Numbered from the stretch's first letter, positions 47,338 to 58,530 are shown. The stretch: 64,000 nucleotides of DNA from Betaproteobacteria bacterium (GCA_025356445.1 JANXSZ010000001.1:168559-232558), one strand, 5' to 3'. Program-made: numbers and translations. Notes: a model not told the origin generated them from the letters alone.

Positions 47338-48462
47338 ATGAAACTCTTCCTCCGCAACCAACTTGATCGCTACACGCTGCGCTTGTCTGAGCTGGATTTT
47401 TTGCTGTCCCGCGAAGACATCATGAAAGACATGGCCCAGTTCCTGGTACTGTCACGCGAACATGCCGAGGTCAGTGCCGTGGCGGGCCGTTACCAGCGCT
47501 TCTTGCTGCGCGAATCTGATCTGGCCACAGGTCAAGAGATGCTGGCCGATGCTGCCAGTGATATCGAAATGCAGGCCATGGCGCAAGACGAAATCGACAA
47601 CGCGCAGGCCGAGTTACTCAAACTGGAAGCCGAATTGCAACGCATGCTGCTGCCCCGCGACCCGGACGATGCCCGCCCTGCGTTCATCGAAATCCGCGCG
47701 GGCACGGGGGGCGACGAATCTGCCCTGTTCGCTGCCGATTTGATGCGCATGTACACCCGCTACGCCGAACGCCAAGGCTGGCGTACCGAGGTGGTGAGCG
47801 AGTCCCAAAGCGAGCTGGGCGGCTACAAGGAAGTGGTGCTGCGCATGGAAGGCAGCAGCACGACCGACGCGGGCGTGACCACCGGCGTTTACGGGATGCT
47901 GCGCTACGAGTCCGGCGGCCACCGCGTGCAGCGCGTACCCACCACGGAAACGCAAGGCCGTATCCACACCAGCGCCTGCACCGTGGCCGTGCTGGCCGAG
48001 CCGGACGAAGCTGTGGCGATACAGATCAACCCGGCCGATTTACGCATCGACACCTACCGCGCCAGCGGTGCCGGGGGCCAGCACATCAACAAAACCGACA
48101 GCGCCGTGCGCATCACCCACCTGCCCACAGGCATCGTTGCCGAATGCCAGGATGGCCGCAGCCAGCACAGCAACAAGGCACAGGCGCTCAAGGTGCTGAC
48201 GGCGCGCATCCGCGAAAAAGACCGGTCTGAGCGCGCCGCCAAAGACGCCGCCGAGCGCAAAGGCCTGATCGGCAGCGGTGACCGCAGCGACCGCATCCGC
48301 ACCTACAACTTCCCCCAAGGCCGACTGACCGACCACCGCATCAACCTCACGCTGTACAAACTGCTTTACATCATGGAAGGGGACATGGGTGACGTGATGG
48401 AAGCCTTGCAATCGGCGCGAGAGGCAGAGCAGTTAGCAGAGTTGGAGATTGGGGCGGTGTGA
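47338..48462 (+). CDS. prfA: peptide chain release factor 1
   Basis: 374 aa with the GGQ motif ([23 protein letters not shown]) and RF1-type tripeptide region [14 protein letters not shown]. Confidence 0.95.
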   Translation: MKLFLRNQLDRYTLRLSELDFLLSREDIMKDMAQFLVLSREHAEVSAVAGRYQRFLLRESDLATGQEMLADAASDIEMQAMAQDEIDNAQAELLKLEAELQRMLLPRDPDDARPAFIEIRAGTGGDESALFAADLMRMYTRYAERQGWRTEVVSESQSELGGYKEVVLRMEGSSTTDAGVTTGVYGMLRYESGGHRVQRVPTTETQGRIHTSACTVAVLAEPDEAVAIQINPADLRIDTYRASGAGGQHINKTDSAVRITHLPTGIVAECQDGRSQHSNKAQALKVLTARIREKDRSERAAKDAAERKGLIGSGDRSDRIRTYNFPQGRLTDHRINLTLYKLLYIMEGDMGDVMEALQSAREAEQLAELEIGAV

Positions 48463-48525
48463 TGTGCCAGCTTCAGAACCTTACCAGCCACATAGGCAGG
48501 TCAGATAAGCACAAGCAGCTGCACC

Positions 48526-49389
48526 ATGAATAGCCAAAGTAACCAACGTATTGCCGAGGCATTGCGCACAGCAGCGCAACAGCACAGTTTGGAACGCCTC
48601 GAAGCCCAGTGGCTGCTGCTGTACATCTTGGGTCGCCCCGCGCACGACCGGACCTGGCTGCTGACGCATGACACCGATACATTGGATGCCGCCACGCTCG
48701 CCGCCTTCACAGCCTGCTGCCAGCGGCGTGCCAACGGAGAACCACTGGCCTACATCACCGGGTACAAAGAATTTTTTGGCTTGAATTTGCATGTGGATGC
48801 CCGCGTGCTGGACCCCAGGGCCGATACAGAAACGCTGGTGGATTGGGGATTGGCCGTGATGGCAGATTGGCCCAGACCCCGTGTGCTGGATTTGGGCACA
48901 GGCAGCGGGGCAATTGCGCTGGCGCTGGCACACACGCGGCCTGATGCACAGGTCAGCGCGGTGGATGCAAGTGGCAATGCGCTGACGGTGGCGCAAGCCA
49001 ATGCAGATCGCTTGGGGCTGCGGGTGCAGTGGCTGCGAGGGGACTGGCTGCATGCCCAACACACCCACAGCTATGACCTGATTGTCTCGAACCCGCCCTA
49101 CATCCCCAGCGCTGACCCGCATTTGGCCGCGCTCACCCACGAGCCGCTGAACGCGCTGGCCAGTGGCGTGGACGGTCTGGACGACATTCGCCAGATCATT
49201 CAACAAGCGCCTGCACACCTGCAACCTGGCGGCTGGCTGCTGCTGGAGCATGGCTATGACCAAGCCGAGGCGGTACACAGCTTGCTGGTGGCGCAAGGCT
49301 TTACAGCGGTGCAACACCGGCTCGATTTGGCAGGCATTACCCGCTGCACTGGCGGCCAGTTAAGCACGGCCTGGGCAACAGTGAAATAA
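48526..49389 (+). CDS. prmC: release-factor glutamine N5-methyltransferase
   Basis: 287 aa with the SAM site VLDLGTGSGAIAL and catalytic NPPY (IVSNPPYIP). It follows prfA. Confidence 0.92.
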   Translation: MNSQSNQRIAEALRTAAQQHSLERLEAQWLLLYILGRPAHDRTWLLTHDTDTLDAATLAAFTACCQRRANGEPLAYITGYKEFFGLNLHVDARVLDPRADTETLVDWGLAVMADWPRPRVLDLGTGSGAIALALAHTRPDAQVSAVDASGNALTVAQANADRLGLRVQWLRGDWLHAQHTHSYDLIVSNPPYIPSADPHLAALTHEPLNALASGVDGLDDIRQIIQQAPAHLQPGGWLLLEHGYDQAEAVHSLLVAQGFTAVQHRLDLAGITRCTGGQLSTAWATVK

Positions 49390-49433
49390 TCCGACTTACC
49401 CACTCAACCACTTTAGCGACTTCAGGAGCCCCC

Positions 49434-49769
49434 ATGAGCGATACACAAGCCACCCAACAACGCATTGACCAACTCGTTAAATCCAGCGACGTGCTGCTGT
49501 TCATGAAAGGCAGCGCCAGCTTCCCCATGTGCGGCTTCTCGGGCCGTGCTATTCAAATTTTGAAAGCCTGCGGCGTAGAGCCCAAGACCATCAAAACCGT
49601 GAACGTGCTGGACGATCAGGAAATCCGCCAAGGCATCAAGGAATACAGCAGCTGGCCCACCATTCCCCAGTTGTACGTGAAGGGTGAGTTCATCGGCGGC
49701 TCGGACATCATGATGGAAATGTACGAAAGCGGTGAGTTGAAAACGGTGCTGGACACCATCACGGCTTAA
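49434..49769 (+). CDS. grxD: Grx4-family monothiol glutaredoxin
   Basis: 111 aa with the CGFS active site (FPMCGFSGRA) and WPTIPQLYVKGEFIGGSDI. Confidence 0.95.
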   Translation: MSDTQATQQRIDQLVKSSDVLLFMKGSASFPMCGFSGRAIQILKACGVEPKTIKTVNVLDDQEIRQGIKEYSSWPTIPQLYVKGEFIGGSDIMMEMYESGELKTVLDTITA

Positions 49770-49806
49770 GCCGTTTCTCAGGCTGCGTTAGCCCCACCCC
49801 AGAATC

Positions 49807-49833
49807 AACCCGCTGAACAGCGGGTTTTCTTTT
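49807..49833 (+). terminator. rho-independent terminator after grxD
   Basis: AACCCGCTG-AA-CAGCGGGTT followed by TTCTTTT. Confidence 0.7.
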
Positions 49834-49959
49834 GTGCTTATTCACCCACAGGGTGCGTTGTCTCTTGGCACGGCTTATGCTGGAATAGAGTCGTCAGTCT
49901 CAGAGCCTTTAAGCCTTTCGCTTTATGCCGTGTAACAACGCAACAACAAGGGGTGGATC

Positions 49960-51009
49960 ATGCAAGCGCACAGTCTGGTTCCTTTATTTCCGCCGTCGTC
50001 CTCCCAGGCACCCTGTGCCAAGGCAGACACCGTGGACTTCAGCATACCTATCGCGCAGCTGCGCATCGTCTACCACACCGATGAGGTGGAGCGACGGCTG
50101 ACCAAGTTGCAAAAATCAAGTGACGCCAAAGAATTTGAGAGCCTGCGCAGCACCTACCAACGTATGCTGGAGCTAGGGCCAGACAGATTTCAGGTCAAAC
50201 CCAATGGCGTGCCGCAAATGGCCAGCCTGTACGAGCAGCTGCCCAACTTCACCGAGGTGCTGGATGACGTGAAACGCCATGTCGCGCTGAGCCAAGACAG
50301 CAGCGATGGCCTGGAAGTCACCCCCATGCTGCTGCTAGGCCCCGCCGGTATCGGCAAAACCCACTTTGCCAAGAAACTGTCTGAGCTGCTGGGCACCGGC
50401 ATGAGCTTGGTGCCCATGAGCTCCATGACAGCAGGGTGGCTGCTGTCGGGCTCGTCTTCGCAATGGCGCGGTGCACGGCCTGGCAAGGTGTTTGAAGCGC
50501 TGGTCGATGGCCGCTATGCCAACCCCGTCATCGTGGTGGACGAAATCGACAAAGCCAGTGCTGACGCGCAGTACGACCCCTTGGGGGCGCTCTACAGCCT
50601 GCTGGAGCACGACACCGCACAGAACTTCACCGATGAGTTCGCCGAGGTGCCCATTGACGCCAGCCAAGTCATCTGGATCACAACCGCCAACGATGCCCGC
50701 TGCATCCCTGATCCTATCCTCAACCGCATGAACGTGTTTGAGATCGAAGCACCTTCGCATGAGCAAGCGCGGGTAATTGCACTCAACCTGTACCTCAGCA
50801 TTTGTGGCGAACACGAATGGGGTCAACGCTTTGATCCGGTGCCACACGATGACCTGCTGCACGCCCTGGCCGATATGGCACCCCGTGAAATGCGGCGGGC
50901 GCTGATGGCAGGTTTTGGCAATGCACGGCTGGCCCGGCGCAACGAAGTGCAGGCCGATGACCTGCCCAAAACGGGTTCGGGCAAGACACGCATGGGGTTT
51001 ATCCAGTAG
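49960..51009 (+). CDS. stand-alone AAA+ ATPase with Lon-type ATPase module, no protease domain
   Basis: 349 aa. It has Walker A LLLGPAGIGKT, Walker B VIVVDEIDK and sensor-1-like WITTAN. The region from Walker A to NRMNVFEIEAPS is collinear with the Lon AAA+ module as I remember it. The N-terminal ~130 aa are unrecognised. Confidence 0.75.
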   Translation: MQAHSLVPLFPPSSSQAPCAKADTVDFSIPIAQLRIVYHTDEVERRLTKLQKSSDAKEFESLRSTYQRMLELGPDRFQVKPNGVPQMASLYEQLPNFTEVLDDVKRHVALSQDSSDGLEVTPMLLLGPAGIGKTHFAKKLSELLGTGMSLVPMSSMTAGWLLSGSSSQWRGARPGKVFEALVDGRYANPVIVVDEIDKASADAQYDPLGALYSLLEHDTAQNFTDEFAEVPIDASQVIWITTANDARCIPDPILNRMNVFEIEAPSHEQARVIALNLYLSICGEHEWGQRFDPVPHDDLLHALADMAPREMRRALMAGFGNARLARRNEVQADDLPKTGSGKTRMGFIQ

Positions 51010-51148
51010 TGTGACAGCCTAGAACGTCGAGCCCGGGTCAAGGTACCGTGGACGGGCCTTTACAGCCTTTACAAATACTTACCCATGCCTTGTCAGCACG
51101 GTGAGCGCAGACAGAGTTAAATGCTCAGGTTAACCCACTGAGAACACC

Positions 51149-51538
51149 ATGCACGCCAAGCTCTTGCCCCCTGCCCTCACCGCGACAACCGTGTCGCTGC
51201 TGCTCTTAACCGGGTGCGTTGTGGCCCCGGTCGCTCGTCCGGTGTACCGTGCACCACCCCCTGCGGTGGTTTACCAACAGCCTGCGCCTGTTGTCATACA
51301 GCAGCAACCGGCGATCGTGGTCTACCAAGAGCCACCACCGCCGCAAGTTGAGGTCATTGGTTTCGCGCCTGCACCAGGCTATTTTTGGATTTCAGGTGTG
51401 TGGCTTTGGGAGGGCAATCGCCATGTGTGGCGCCCGGGGCATTGGGAACCCCAGCGCAATGGCCAGGTTTATGTCCCCCACCAGTGGGCACGTGTAGGTG
51501 CTTCATGGCAACTGAGCGGTGGCCTCTGGCGGCGGTGA
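51149..51538 (+). CDS. YXWGXW-repeat lipoprotein
   Basis: 129 aa with lipobox LLLTGC and a Pro/Val/Gln-rich linker. Three W-rich repeats follow: YFWISGVWLWEGNRHVW, GHWEPQ, HQWARVGASWQLSGGLW. Confidence 0.7.
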   Translation: MHAKLLPPALTATTVSLLLLTGCVVAPVARPVYRAPPPAVVYQQPAPVVIQQQPAIVVYQEPPPPQVEVIGFAPAPGYFWISGVWLWEGNRHVWRPGHWEPQRNGQVYVPHQWARVGASWQLSGGLWRR

Positions 51539-52905
51539 ACGCAGCGCACTACTTTGATGAGGGCAACCGCTTGCTGGCAAGCAACGACCCGCAAGGTGCG
51601 CAATCCTGCTGGCGTGAAGCCCTGCGGCTCGACCCCACCTTAGCTGAAGCCCATGCGAATCTAGGGTTCGTTCTCGACCAGATCGGGGCGCTGACTGAAG
51701 CTGAAGCCTGCTACCGGCAAGCCATCATGCTGAGTCCGGATTTATGGCCCCCCCACCTGAACCTGGGCGGCCTGCTGACAAGCCAAAAGCGTTTGGCTGA
51801 AGCCGAAGCCACCTACGAACAGGCTTTGTCGCTGAACGATGCCTCCCCAGCCATTTGGTCGAATCTAGGTGCGTTGTACCTGTGCTGGCACAAAGACACA
51901 GAGGCCGAACGCTGCCTGCGTCTTGCCATCGCGCTTGACACCCGTTATGCCAAACCCCGTTTCAATTTAGCGTACCTGCTGCTGCGCCAAGGCCGGTTTG
52001 AGGAAGGCTGGGCCTGCCTGGAAGCCCGCGACTGGTACACGGCCCTGGCCCGTCAGCTGACCTGCCCACGCTGGACGGGTGAGTCTTTGGCAGGTCAATC
52101 GGTACTGATTGGCTATGAAGCAGGGCATGGCGATATGGTGCAATTTTGCCGCTATGCAAGCGTGCTGAAAACGCAAGGTGCCGCGCATATCACGCTGCTG
52201 TGCCATCCGGCACTGAAGCGTCTGTTTGGCAGCCTTGCAGCCGTCGACGTGGTCGTCGCGTTTGACGAGGCACAACCCTGGTTGGCGTCGGGCCACTGGG
52301 ATTTTTGGACGCCGCTGTTAAGCCTACCGTTCCACTGCCAAACCCGTCTCGACACCATTCCGGCAAACCTGCCCTACCTGCACGCCCAAGCTGATCTCGT
52401 TGCGCATTGGGACACGCAGTTGCCAAGGAGCGGTGTTCGTGTCGGGCTGGTCTGGAAGGGCAATCCGCAGTTTGAAAATGATGCCGACCGCTCCTTGCCC
52501 GGCCTGGAGGTTTTGGCCCCATTGGGCAGGGTCGCCGGTGCGTGCTTCATCAGCTTGCAAAAGGGTGCTGGCGAAGCGCAGGCGCAACACCCACCGACAA
52601 ATCTGCCGCTGCTGGATCTGGGCACCAAGATGGCTGATTTTGCGGATGCGGCGGCCATCGTGGCCAACCTGGATCTGGTCATTTGTGTGGACACCGCCAT
52701 CGCGCACCTCGCTGGTGCACTGGGCAAACCCTGCTGGGTGCTGCTACCGGATTACAAGACCGATTGGCGCTGGCTAATGCACCGTACCGATTCGCCTTGG
52801 TATCCGGGGGTGATGCGGCTGTTCAGACAACGCACCGCTGGAAACTGGGCACCTGTGGTGGCCGAGGTCTGCACGGCGCTGGCGGAGCGCATCAACCGAG
52901 GTTGA
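51505..52905 (+). CDS. TPR-repeat protein with C-terminal glycosyltransferase-family-9-like (heptosyltransferase-like) domain
   Basis: The start is placed at the ATG at 51505 and overlaps the lipoprotein gene by 34 nt. The N-terminal TPR repeats include AEAHANLGFVL and PAIWSNLGALY. The C-terminal region (GLVWKGNPQFENDADRS..., VICVDTAIAHLAGALGKPCWVLL) resembles the GT9 fold. Confidence 0.7.
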   Translation: MATERWPLAAVNAAHYFDEGNRLLASNDPQGAQSCWREALRLDPTLAEAHANLGFVLDQIGALTEAEACYRQAIMLSPDLWPPHLNLGGLLTSQKRLAEAEATYEQALSLNDASPAIWSNLGALYLCWHKDTEAERCLRLAIALDTRYAKPRFNLAYLLLRQGRFEEGWACLEARDWYTALARQLTCPRWTGESLAGQSVLIGYEAGHGDMVQFCRYASVLKTQGAAHITLLCHPALKRLFGSLAAVDVVVAFDEAQPWLASGHWDFWTPLLSLPFHCQTRLDTIPANLPYLHAQADLVAHWDTQLPRSGVRVGLVWKGNPQFENDADRSLPGLEVLAPLGRVAGACFISLQKGAGEAQAQHPPTNLPLLDLGTKMADFADAAAIVANLDLVICVDTAIAHLAGALGKPCWVLLPDYKTDWRWLMHRTDSPWYPGVMRLFRQRTAGNWAPVVAEVCTALAERINRG

Positions 52906-53554
52906 AATCCCAATGACGCTTGGCACCGAACACCGCATCGGGGTATTCAGCACGGCCCCGGCTGCCGTTGTAACGGCCCAGAGCCATGAACACGTCGCCT
53001 TTTTCGCGGTCCAGGTAGTGCCGCAAGATGACGCAGCCAAAGCGCAGGTTGGTCTGCATGTGGAAAAGCTTGCCCACATCGCTGTCACCGATGCTGCGCG
53101 TCCAAAACGGCATCACCTGCATGTAACCACGGGCACCCACGCTGCTGATGGCGAATTTGCGGAAGTTGCTTTCCACCTGCACCAAGCCCATCACCAACGA
53201 CACGTCCAGCCCGGCGCGGTGGCTTTCGTACCAAACAGTTTGCAAGAACTCTTTGCGGGTTTCCAGGTTCGGCTTTTTAGGCAACAGGCGCGGACTCATC
53301 GCCGCCAACCAACGCAGATACCTGAGGCGCGACTCGGTGTCAGGAAACTCGGGAATCGGTGGTGCCTGGTTGGCCACAGCGGAATGCAGCGCCGTACGCA
53401 CCGAGTCGATCAACGGTTCTTCGATTTGCGCTCCAGCCTCCGAAAGCTCCTGAAATGAGAGCATTCCAAGGCCAAGGGATAAGCGAAAAAAGGTGTTTCG
53501 CCTGCTTATATCCAGACCCACAGGCACCGCGTTTTCAGCAACCCCTCGCGTCAT
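52892..53554 (-). CDS. lytic transglycosylase (SLT-domain) protein
   Basis: 220 aa with the SLT catalytic region [32 protein letters not shown]. It overlaps the proS stop by 4 nt. Confidence 0.88.
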   Translation of the reverse strand: MTRGVAENAVPVGLDISRRNTFFRLSLGLGMLSFQELSEAGAQIEEPLIDSVRTALHSAVANQAPPIPEFPDTESRLRYLRWLAAMSPRLLPKKPNLETRKEFLQTVWYESHRAGLDVSLVMGLVQVESNFRKFAISSVGARGYMQVMPFWTRSIGDSDVGKLFHMQTNLRFGCVILRHYLDREKGDVFMALGRYNGSRGRAEYPDAVFGAKRHWDFNLG

Positions 53555-55305
53555 GCTTGGGCTGCGGCCTGCAATTTGGCGTGGACGAAGCTGGCGACTT
53601 CAGTTACGGGCATTTTGCTGGCGGCGGTATCACGGCGGTGCTGGTATTCGACTTGGCCATCCTTCAAGCCCTTGTCGCCCACAGTGATGCGGTGCGGCAC
53701 ACCGATCAACTCCCAATCGGCAAACATCGCGCCGGGGCGCTCGCCCCGATCGTCCAGCAGCACATCCACGCCCAACGCGAGCAAATCGGCATAAAGTTTG
53801 TCAGACGCGCACTTCACATCTGCGCTGCGATCAGCCCCGATGGGGCAGATCACCACGGTGAACGGCGCAATCGCGTCGGGCCAGATGATGCCGCGCTCGT
53901 CGTGGTTTTGCTCAATAGCAGCCGCAGGCAAGCGGGTAACACCGATGCCGTAGCAACCCATCTCGAAGAACTGAGGCTTGCCGTTCGAGTCCAAGAACGT
54001 GGCATTCATGGCTTTGCTGTACTTGTTGCCCAAGTAGAAGATGTGGCCGATCTCAATCCCGCGCTCAATGGCGAGCACACCTTGGCCATCTGGGGAGGCA
54101 TCACCTTCGACGATGTTGCGCAGGTCAGCGACCAGGGTGGGTTCGGACAGGTCACGGCCCCAGTTGACGCCTGTCAAGTGGACATCGGGCTGGTTGGCGC
54201 CACAAATCCAGTTGGCCATGGCAGCCACGTCACGGTCAGCGATGATTTTGACAGGCTGCTTCAGACCGATAGGGCCCAGGTAGCCGGGTTTGCAGCCGAA
54301 GTGGGCTTCAATTTCGGGGACAGTGGCAAAGCGAAATGCATCCAGACCGGGCAGCTTGGCAACTTTGACTTCGTTCATGTCGTGGTCACCGCGCAACAGG
54401 AGCAACCAGACCTGGGTTTTGACGATTTCACCTTTGTCGCTCAACTGGTCTGTGGCCAAGACCAGGGATTTGACGGTGGTGGACAGGGGGACGGACAGCA
54501 ATTCGGCCACATCAGCACAGGTGCTTTTACCAGGGGTGGCTGTGGGGGTCATGTCTTGCTTTGCCACACCCCGCACCGCCTGGGGGGCCAAAGCCTCCGC
54601 TTTTTCCATGTTGGCGGCGTAGGTGCTGGTGGGGCAGTAGACGATGGCGTCTTCGCCCGTTGCAGCAATCACTTGGAACTCTTCACTCAAATCACCACCG
54701 ATTGCACCGCTGTCTGCAGCCACGGCACGGTAACGCAAGCCAAAGCGGTCAAAGATGCGGCGGTAAGCGCTGGCCATGACCTGGTAACTGGCTTTGGCGG
54801 TGTCTGCATCGCGGTCAAAGCTGTAGGCATCTTTCATGATGAACTCGCGCCCACGCATCAGGCCAAAGCGAGGGCGGCGCTCGTCGCGGAACTTGGTCTG
54901 GATTTGGTAGAGGTTCTTGGGCAGCTGTTTGTAGCTGCGAAATTCCTGGCGAGCGATATCGGTGACCACTTCTTCGCTGGTGGGCTGAATCACGTAGTCG
55001 CGGTCATGGCGGTCTTTGATGCGCAGCAGCTCAGGGCCCATTTTCTCGAAACGGCCGGTTTCCTGCCAGAACTCGGCAGGCTGCACCACGGGCATCGTCA
55101 ACTCGATGCTGCCTGCACGGTTCATTTCCTCACGCACGATGGCTTCCACTTTGCGGATCACACGCAAGCCCATGGGCATGTAGGTGAAGATGCCGACACC
55201 GAGCTTTTTGACCATACCTGCACGCATCATCAGCTTATGGCTGGCGACTTCAGCGTCGGCGGGGGCATCTTTAAGGGTGGAGATGAGGAATTGAGAGGCT
55301 TTCAT
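53551..55305 (-). CDS. proS: proline--tRNA ligase
   Basis: 584 aa. It has the N-terminus [20 protein letters not shown] and class II motifs with a bacterial-type editing insertion. Confidence 0.95.
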   Translation of the reverse strand: MKASQFLISTLKDAPADAEVASHKLMMRAGMVKKLGVGIFTYMPMGLRVIRKVEAIVREEMNRAGSIELTMPVVQPAEFWQETGRFEKMGPELLRIKDRHDRDYVIQPTSEEVVTDIARQEFRSYKQLPKNLYQIQTKFRDERRPRFGLMRGREFIMKDAYSFDRDADTAKASYQVMASAYRRIFDRFGLRYRAVAADSGAIGGDLSEEFQVIAATGEDAIVYCPTSTYAANMEKAEALAPQAVRGVAKQDMTPTATPGKSTCADVAELLSVPLSTTVKSLVLATDQLSDKGEIVKTQVWLLLLRGDHDMNEVKVAKLPGLDAFRFATVPEIEAHFGCKPGYLGPIGLKQPVKIIADRDVAAMANWICGANQPDVHLTGVNWGRDLSEPTLVADLRNIVEGDASPDGQGVLAIERGIEIGHIFYLGNKYSKAMNATFLDSNGKPQFFEMGCYGIGVTRLPAAAIEQNHDERGIIWPDAIAPFTVVICPIGADRSADVKCASDKLYADLLALGVDVLLDDRGERPGAMFADWELIGVPHRITVGDKGLKDGQVEYQHRRDTAASKMPVTEVASFVHAKLQAAAQA

Positions 55306-55330
55306 CGGGCAAGAGGTTCTATGGGGGTGC

Positions 55331-55380
55331 GTTGAGGCAAGTTAGGAAGAGTTAGGGCGGGTTGAGGGCAAGTTGGACAC
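55331..55380. repeat. five GTT(R)(R)G-initiated units with 10-11-bp phasing in the proS/rppH divergent spacer
   Basis: GTTGAGGCAA GTTAGGAAGA GTTAGGGCGG GTTGAGGGCAA GTTGGACAC. The GTT triplets start at 55331, 55341, 55351, 55361 and 55372. Confidence 0.6.
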
Positions 55381-55409
55381 CCTCTATAAGCGAATAGGGG
55401 CTTAGCCCC

Positions 55410-55437
55410 TTGATGCACAGCACACGGCGTGCATAAT
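55410..55437 (+). promoter_or_regulatory. candidate sigma70 promoter of rppH
   Basis: TTGATG (-35), a 16-nt spacer, then CATAAT (-10). It ends 24 nt upstream of the rppH start. Confidence 0.4.
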
Positions 55438-55461
55438 GAACTCAGTTTAAAAATTTGAGGT

Positions 55462-56130
55462 TTGATTATGCTTGACCGAGAAGGGTTCAGACCCAACGTC
55501 GGCATCGTCCTGCTCAACCAAAGAAATCAGGTATTTTGGGGAAAGCGAATTCGCACCCACAGTTGGCAGTTTCCGCAGGGTGGCATTGACCGGGGTGAAA
55601 CTCCTGAGCAAGCCATGTTCCGTGAGCTGCACGAAGAAGTCGGGTTGCAACCCGACCATGTTCGCATTGTGGCCCGTACCCGTGATTGGTTGCGCTATGA
55701 GGTGCCAGACCGGTTTATCCGACGCGATGCGCGTGGCCATTACAAAGGCCAAAAACAAATCTGGTATTTGCTCCAGCTGGTGGGGCACGACTGGGATTTG
55801 AACCTGCGTGCCACCGACCACCCGGAGTTCGATGCCTGGCGTTGGAATGATTACTGGGTGCCACTTGATGTGGTGGTGGAGTTCAAACGTGGGGTGTACG
55901 AGCTGGCGTTGACCGAACTGGCTCGCTATCTGCCCCGCCACCATGAACACCGCAACCGCTACCTGCGGGTGGGCTTGCGTTCGCACGAACAGGAAAACCA
56001 GGGCCACGAAATGATGCTGAGCGCGTCGTTTGAGTTGCCGCCTGGGGGATCGTTCGAGCCCGATCCGCAGTTTGCAGAACGCTCCACCGGGCCGATAGAC
56101 ACCGACCCGATGCACGCGACAGGCATTTAA
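55462..56130 (+). CDS. rppH: RNA pyrophosphohydrolase (Nudix)
   Basis: 222 aa. It has [10 protein letters not shown] and the Nudix box [23 protein letters not shown]. Confidence 0.93.
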   Translation: MIMLDREGFRPNVGIVLLNQRNQVFWGKRIRTHSWQFPQGGIDRGETPEQAMFRELHEEVGLQPDHVRIVARTRDWLRYEVPDRFIRRDARGHYKGQKQIWYLLQLVGHDWDLNLRATDHPEFDAWRWNDYWVPLDVVVEFKRGVYELALTELARYLPRHHEHRNRYLRVGLRSHEQENQGHEMMLSASFELPPGGSFEPDPQFAERSTGPIDTDPMHATGI

Positions 56131-57278
56131 CTCAGCACCAAATTGTCGCGGTGGACCATTTCAGGCTCCGCGACATACCCCAACAAGCGCTCGAACTCGG
56201 CGGACGGCTTGCGACAAATCAACCGTGCTTCAGCACTGGCGTAGTTGGCAAGGCCGCGTGCGATCTCGGCGCCTTCCGGGCTACGGATGGCAATCACATC
56301 ACCACGCGAAAAGTCCCCCTCCACGCTGGTCATGCCAATGGGGAGCAGGCTTTTGCCTTCGCCCTGCAACTTGGCAACAGCACCTGCATCCACCACCACC
56401 GCACCGCGCATTTGCAAATGATCGGCAATCCACTGCTTGCGGGCTTGGGTTTTACGGGTTTGCGCTACCAGCAAGGTGCCAATAGACTCGCCCTGTACCA
56501 AACGCAACAACGCATCGGCTTCACGGCCATAGGCGATAACGGTGGAAGCGCCTGACCCCGCAGCACGTTTGGCCGCCAGGATTTTGGTAATCATGCCACC
56601 TCGACCAAGGCTGGAACCCGCGCCTCCAGCCATCACTTCCAGCGTGGGGTCGCCTGCTTTGGCTTCATGAACGAAAGTGGCAGCCGGGTCTTTGCGCGGG
56701 TCAGCAGTGAACAAGCCCTTTTGGTCGGTGAGGATGACCAAAGCATCTGCTTCGACCAAATTCGCGACCAACGCACCCAGAGTGTCGTTGTCGCCGAACT
56801 TGATTTCATCGTTGACGACGGTATCGTTCTCATTGATAACGGGCACCACACCCAGGCGCAGTAACGTCAGCAGGGTGGAGCGGGCATTCAGATAACGCTC
56901 GCGGTCGGCCAAATCAGCATGGGTCAGCAGCACTTGGGCGCTGCCCAGGCCTTGCTCGCGCAATTTAGTTTCATACATCTGCACCAAACCCATTTGCCCC
57001 ACAGCGGCTGCAGCCTGAAGCTCGTTGATCTCGTGCGGACGGGTCGTCCAACCCAAGCGCTTCATACCCTCAGCAATCGCGCCACTAGAGACCATGATGA
57101 GTTCGCGCGGTGCGCCTGTGGCCTCACTGCCGCGCACCAAGGTGGCGAGTTGGCGACACCATTCGCCAATGGCCCCTTCATCCAGCCCCCGGCCTTCATT
57201 GGTGACAAGGCTGGAGCCTACTTTGACGACGATGCGCTTGGCATCCTTTAAGATGGCAGACAAGGATTTTTCAGTCAT
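56127..57278 (-). CDS. proB: glutamate 5-kinase
   Basis: The start is placed at the ATG at 57278 ([26 protein letters not shown]). It has an amino-acid kinase domain plus a C-terminal PUA domain. Confidence 0.93.
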   Translation of the reverse strand: MTEKSLSAILKDAKRIVVKVGSSLVTNEGRGLDEGAIGEWCRQLATLVRGSEATGAPRELIMVSSGAIAEGMKRLGWTTRPHEINELQAAAAVGQMGLVQMYETKLREQGLGSAQVLLTHADLADRERYLNARSTLLTLLRLGVVPVINENDTVVNDEIKFGDNDTLGALVANLVEADALVILTDQKGLFTADPRKDPAATFVHEAKAGDPTLEVMAGGAGSSLGRGGMITKILAAKRAAGSGASTVIAYGREADALLRLVQGESIGTLLVAQTRKTQARKQWIADHLQMRGAVVVDAGAVAKLQGEGKSLLPIGMTSVEGDFSRGDVIAIRSPEGAEIARGLANYASAEARLICRKPSAEFERLLGYVAEPEMVHRDNLVLS

Positions 57279-57284
57279 ATCAGG

Positions 57285-57334
57285 CTGTAGCACAAGCTAG
57301 ATGGGCGTAGAAAGCTATCGAATATATAGCAATC
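57285..57334. repeat. dispersed ~50-nt intergenic repeat, copy B
   Basis: CTGTAGCACAAGCTAGATGGGCGTAGAAAGCTATCGAATATATAGCAATC lies between obg and proB. By hand alignment it matches copy A at 32 of 50 positions and copy D at 33 of 50. Confidence 0.7.
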
Positions 57335-57346
57335 CCTGGTCATAAT

Positions 57347-58423
<1,077 letters not shown>

Positions 58424-58472
58424 TCACTCTCAGGGTTGTTGCTGAAAACAACACAGGGCCGCCGCAGCGTGC

Positions 58473-58507
58473 CCAAAAATAACAAAGCCCCGACTGGGCG
58501 GGGCTTT
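58473..58507 (-). terminator. rho-independent terminator/attenuator between rpmA and obg
   Basis: On the minus strand: AAAGCCCCG-CCCAGT-CGGGGCTTT followed by GTTATTTTTGGG. Confidence 0.7.
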
Positions 58508-58530
58508 GAGCAGGGATCAAAGTGAAAGGC

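Noticed and set aside
47338-48462. Programmed +1 frameshift of the kind seen in release-factor genes
   Set aside because: This gene is RF1 (PxT-type motif, follows hemA), which is not frameshift-regulated. The ORF is continuous.
53359-55335. 658-aa plus-strand ORF
   Set aside because: It lies entirely antisense to proS. The translation is low-complexity (rich in G, A, V, D, H and Q) with no recognisable motifs. This is a typical shadow ORF in GC-rich DNA. The same applies to 45906-47201 (antisense to hemA), 29955-31343 and 31527-32255 (antisense to the 1304-aa oxidoreductase), 21103-22230 (antisense to ubiB), 5737-6840, 42445-43446, 2756-3841, 34485-35423, 57395-58525 and 61573-62511.
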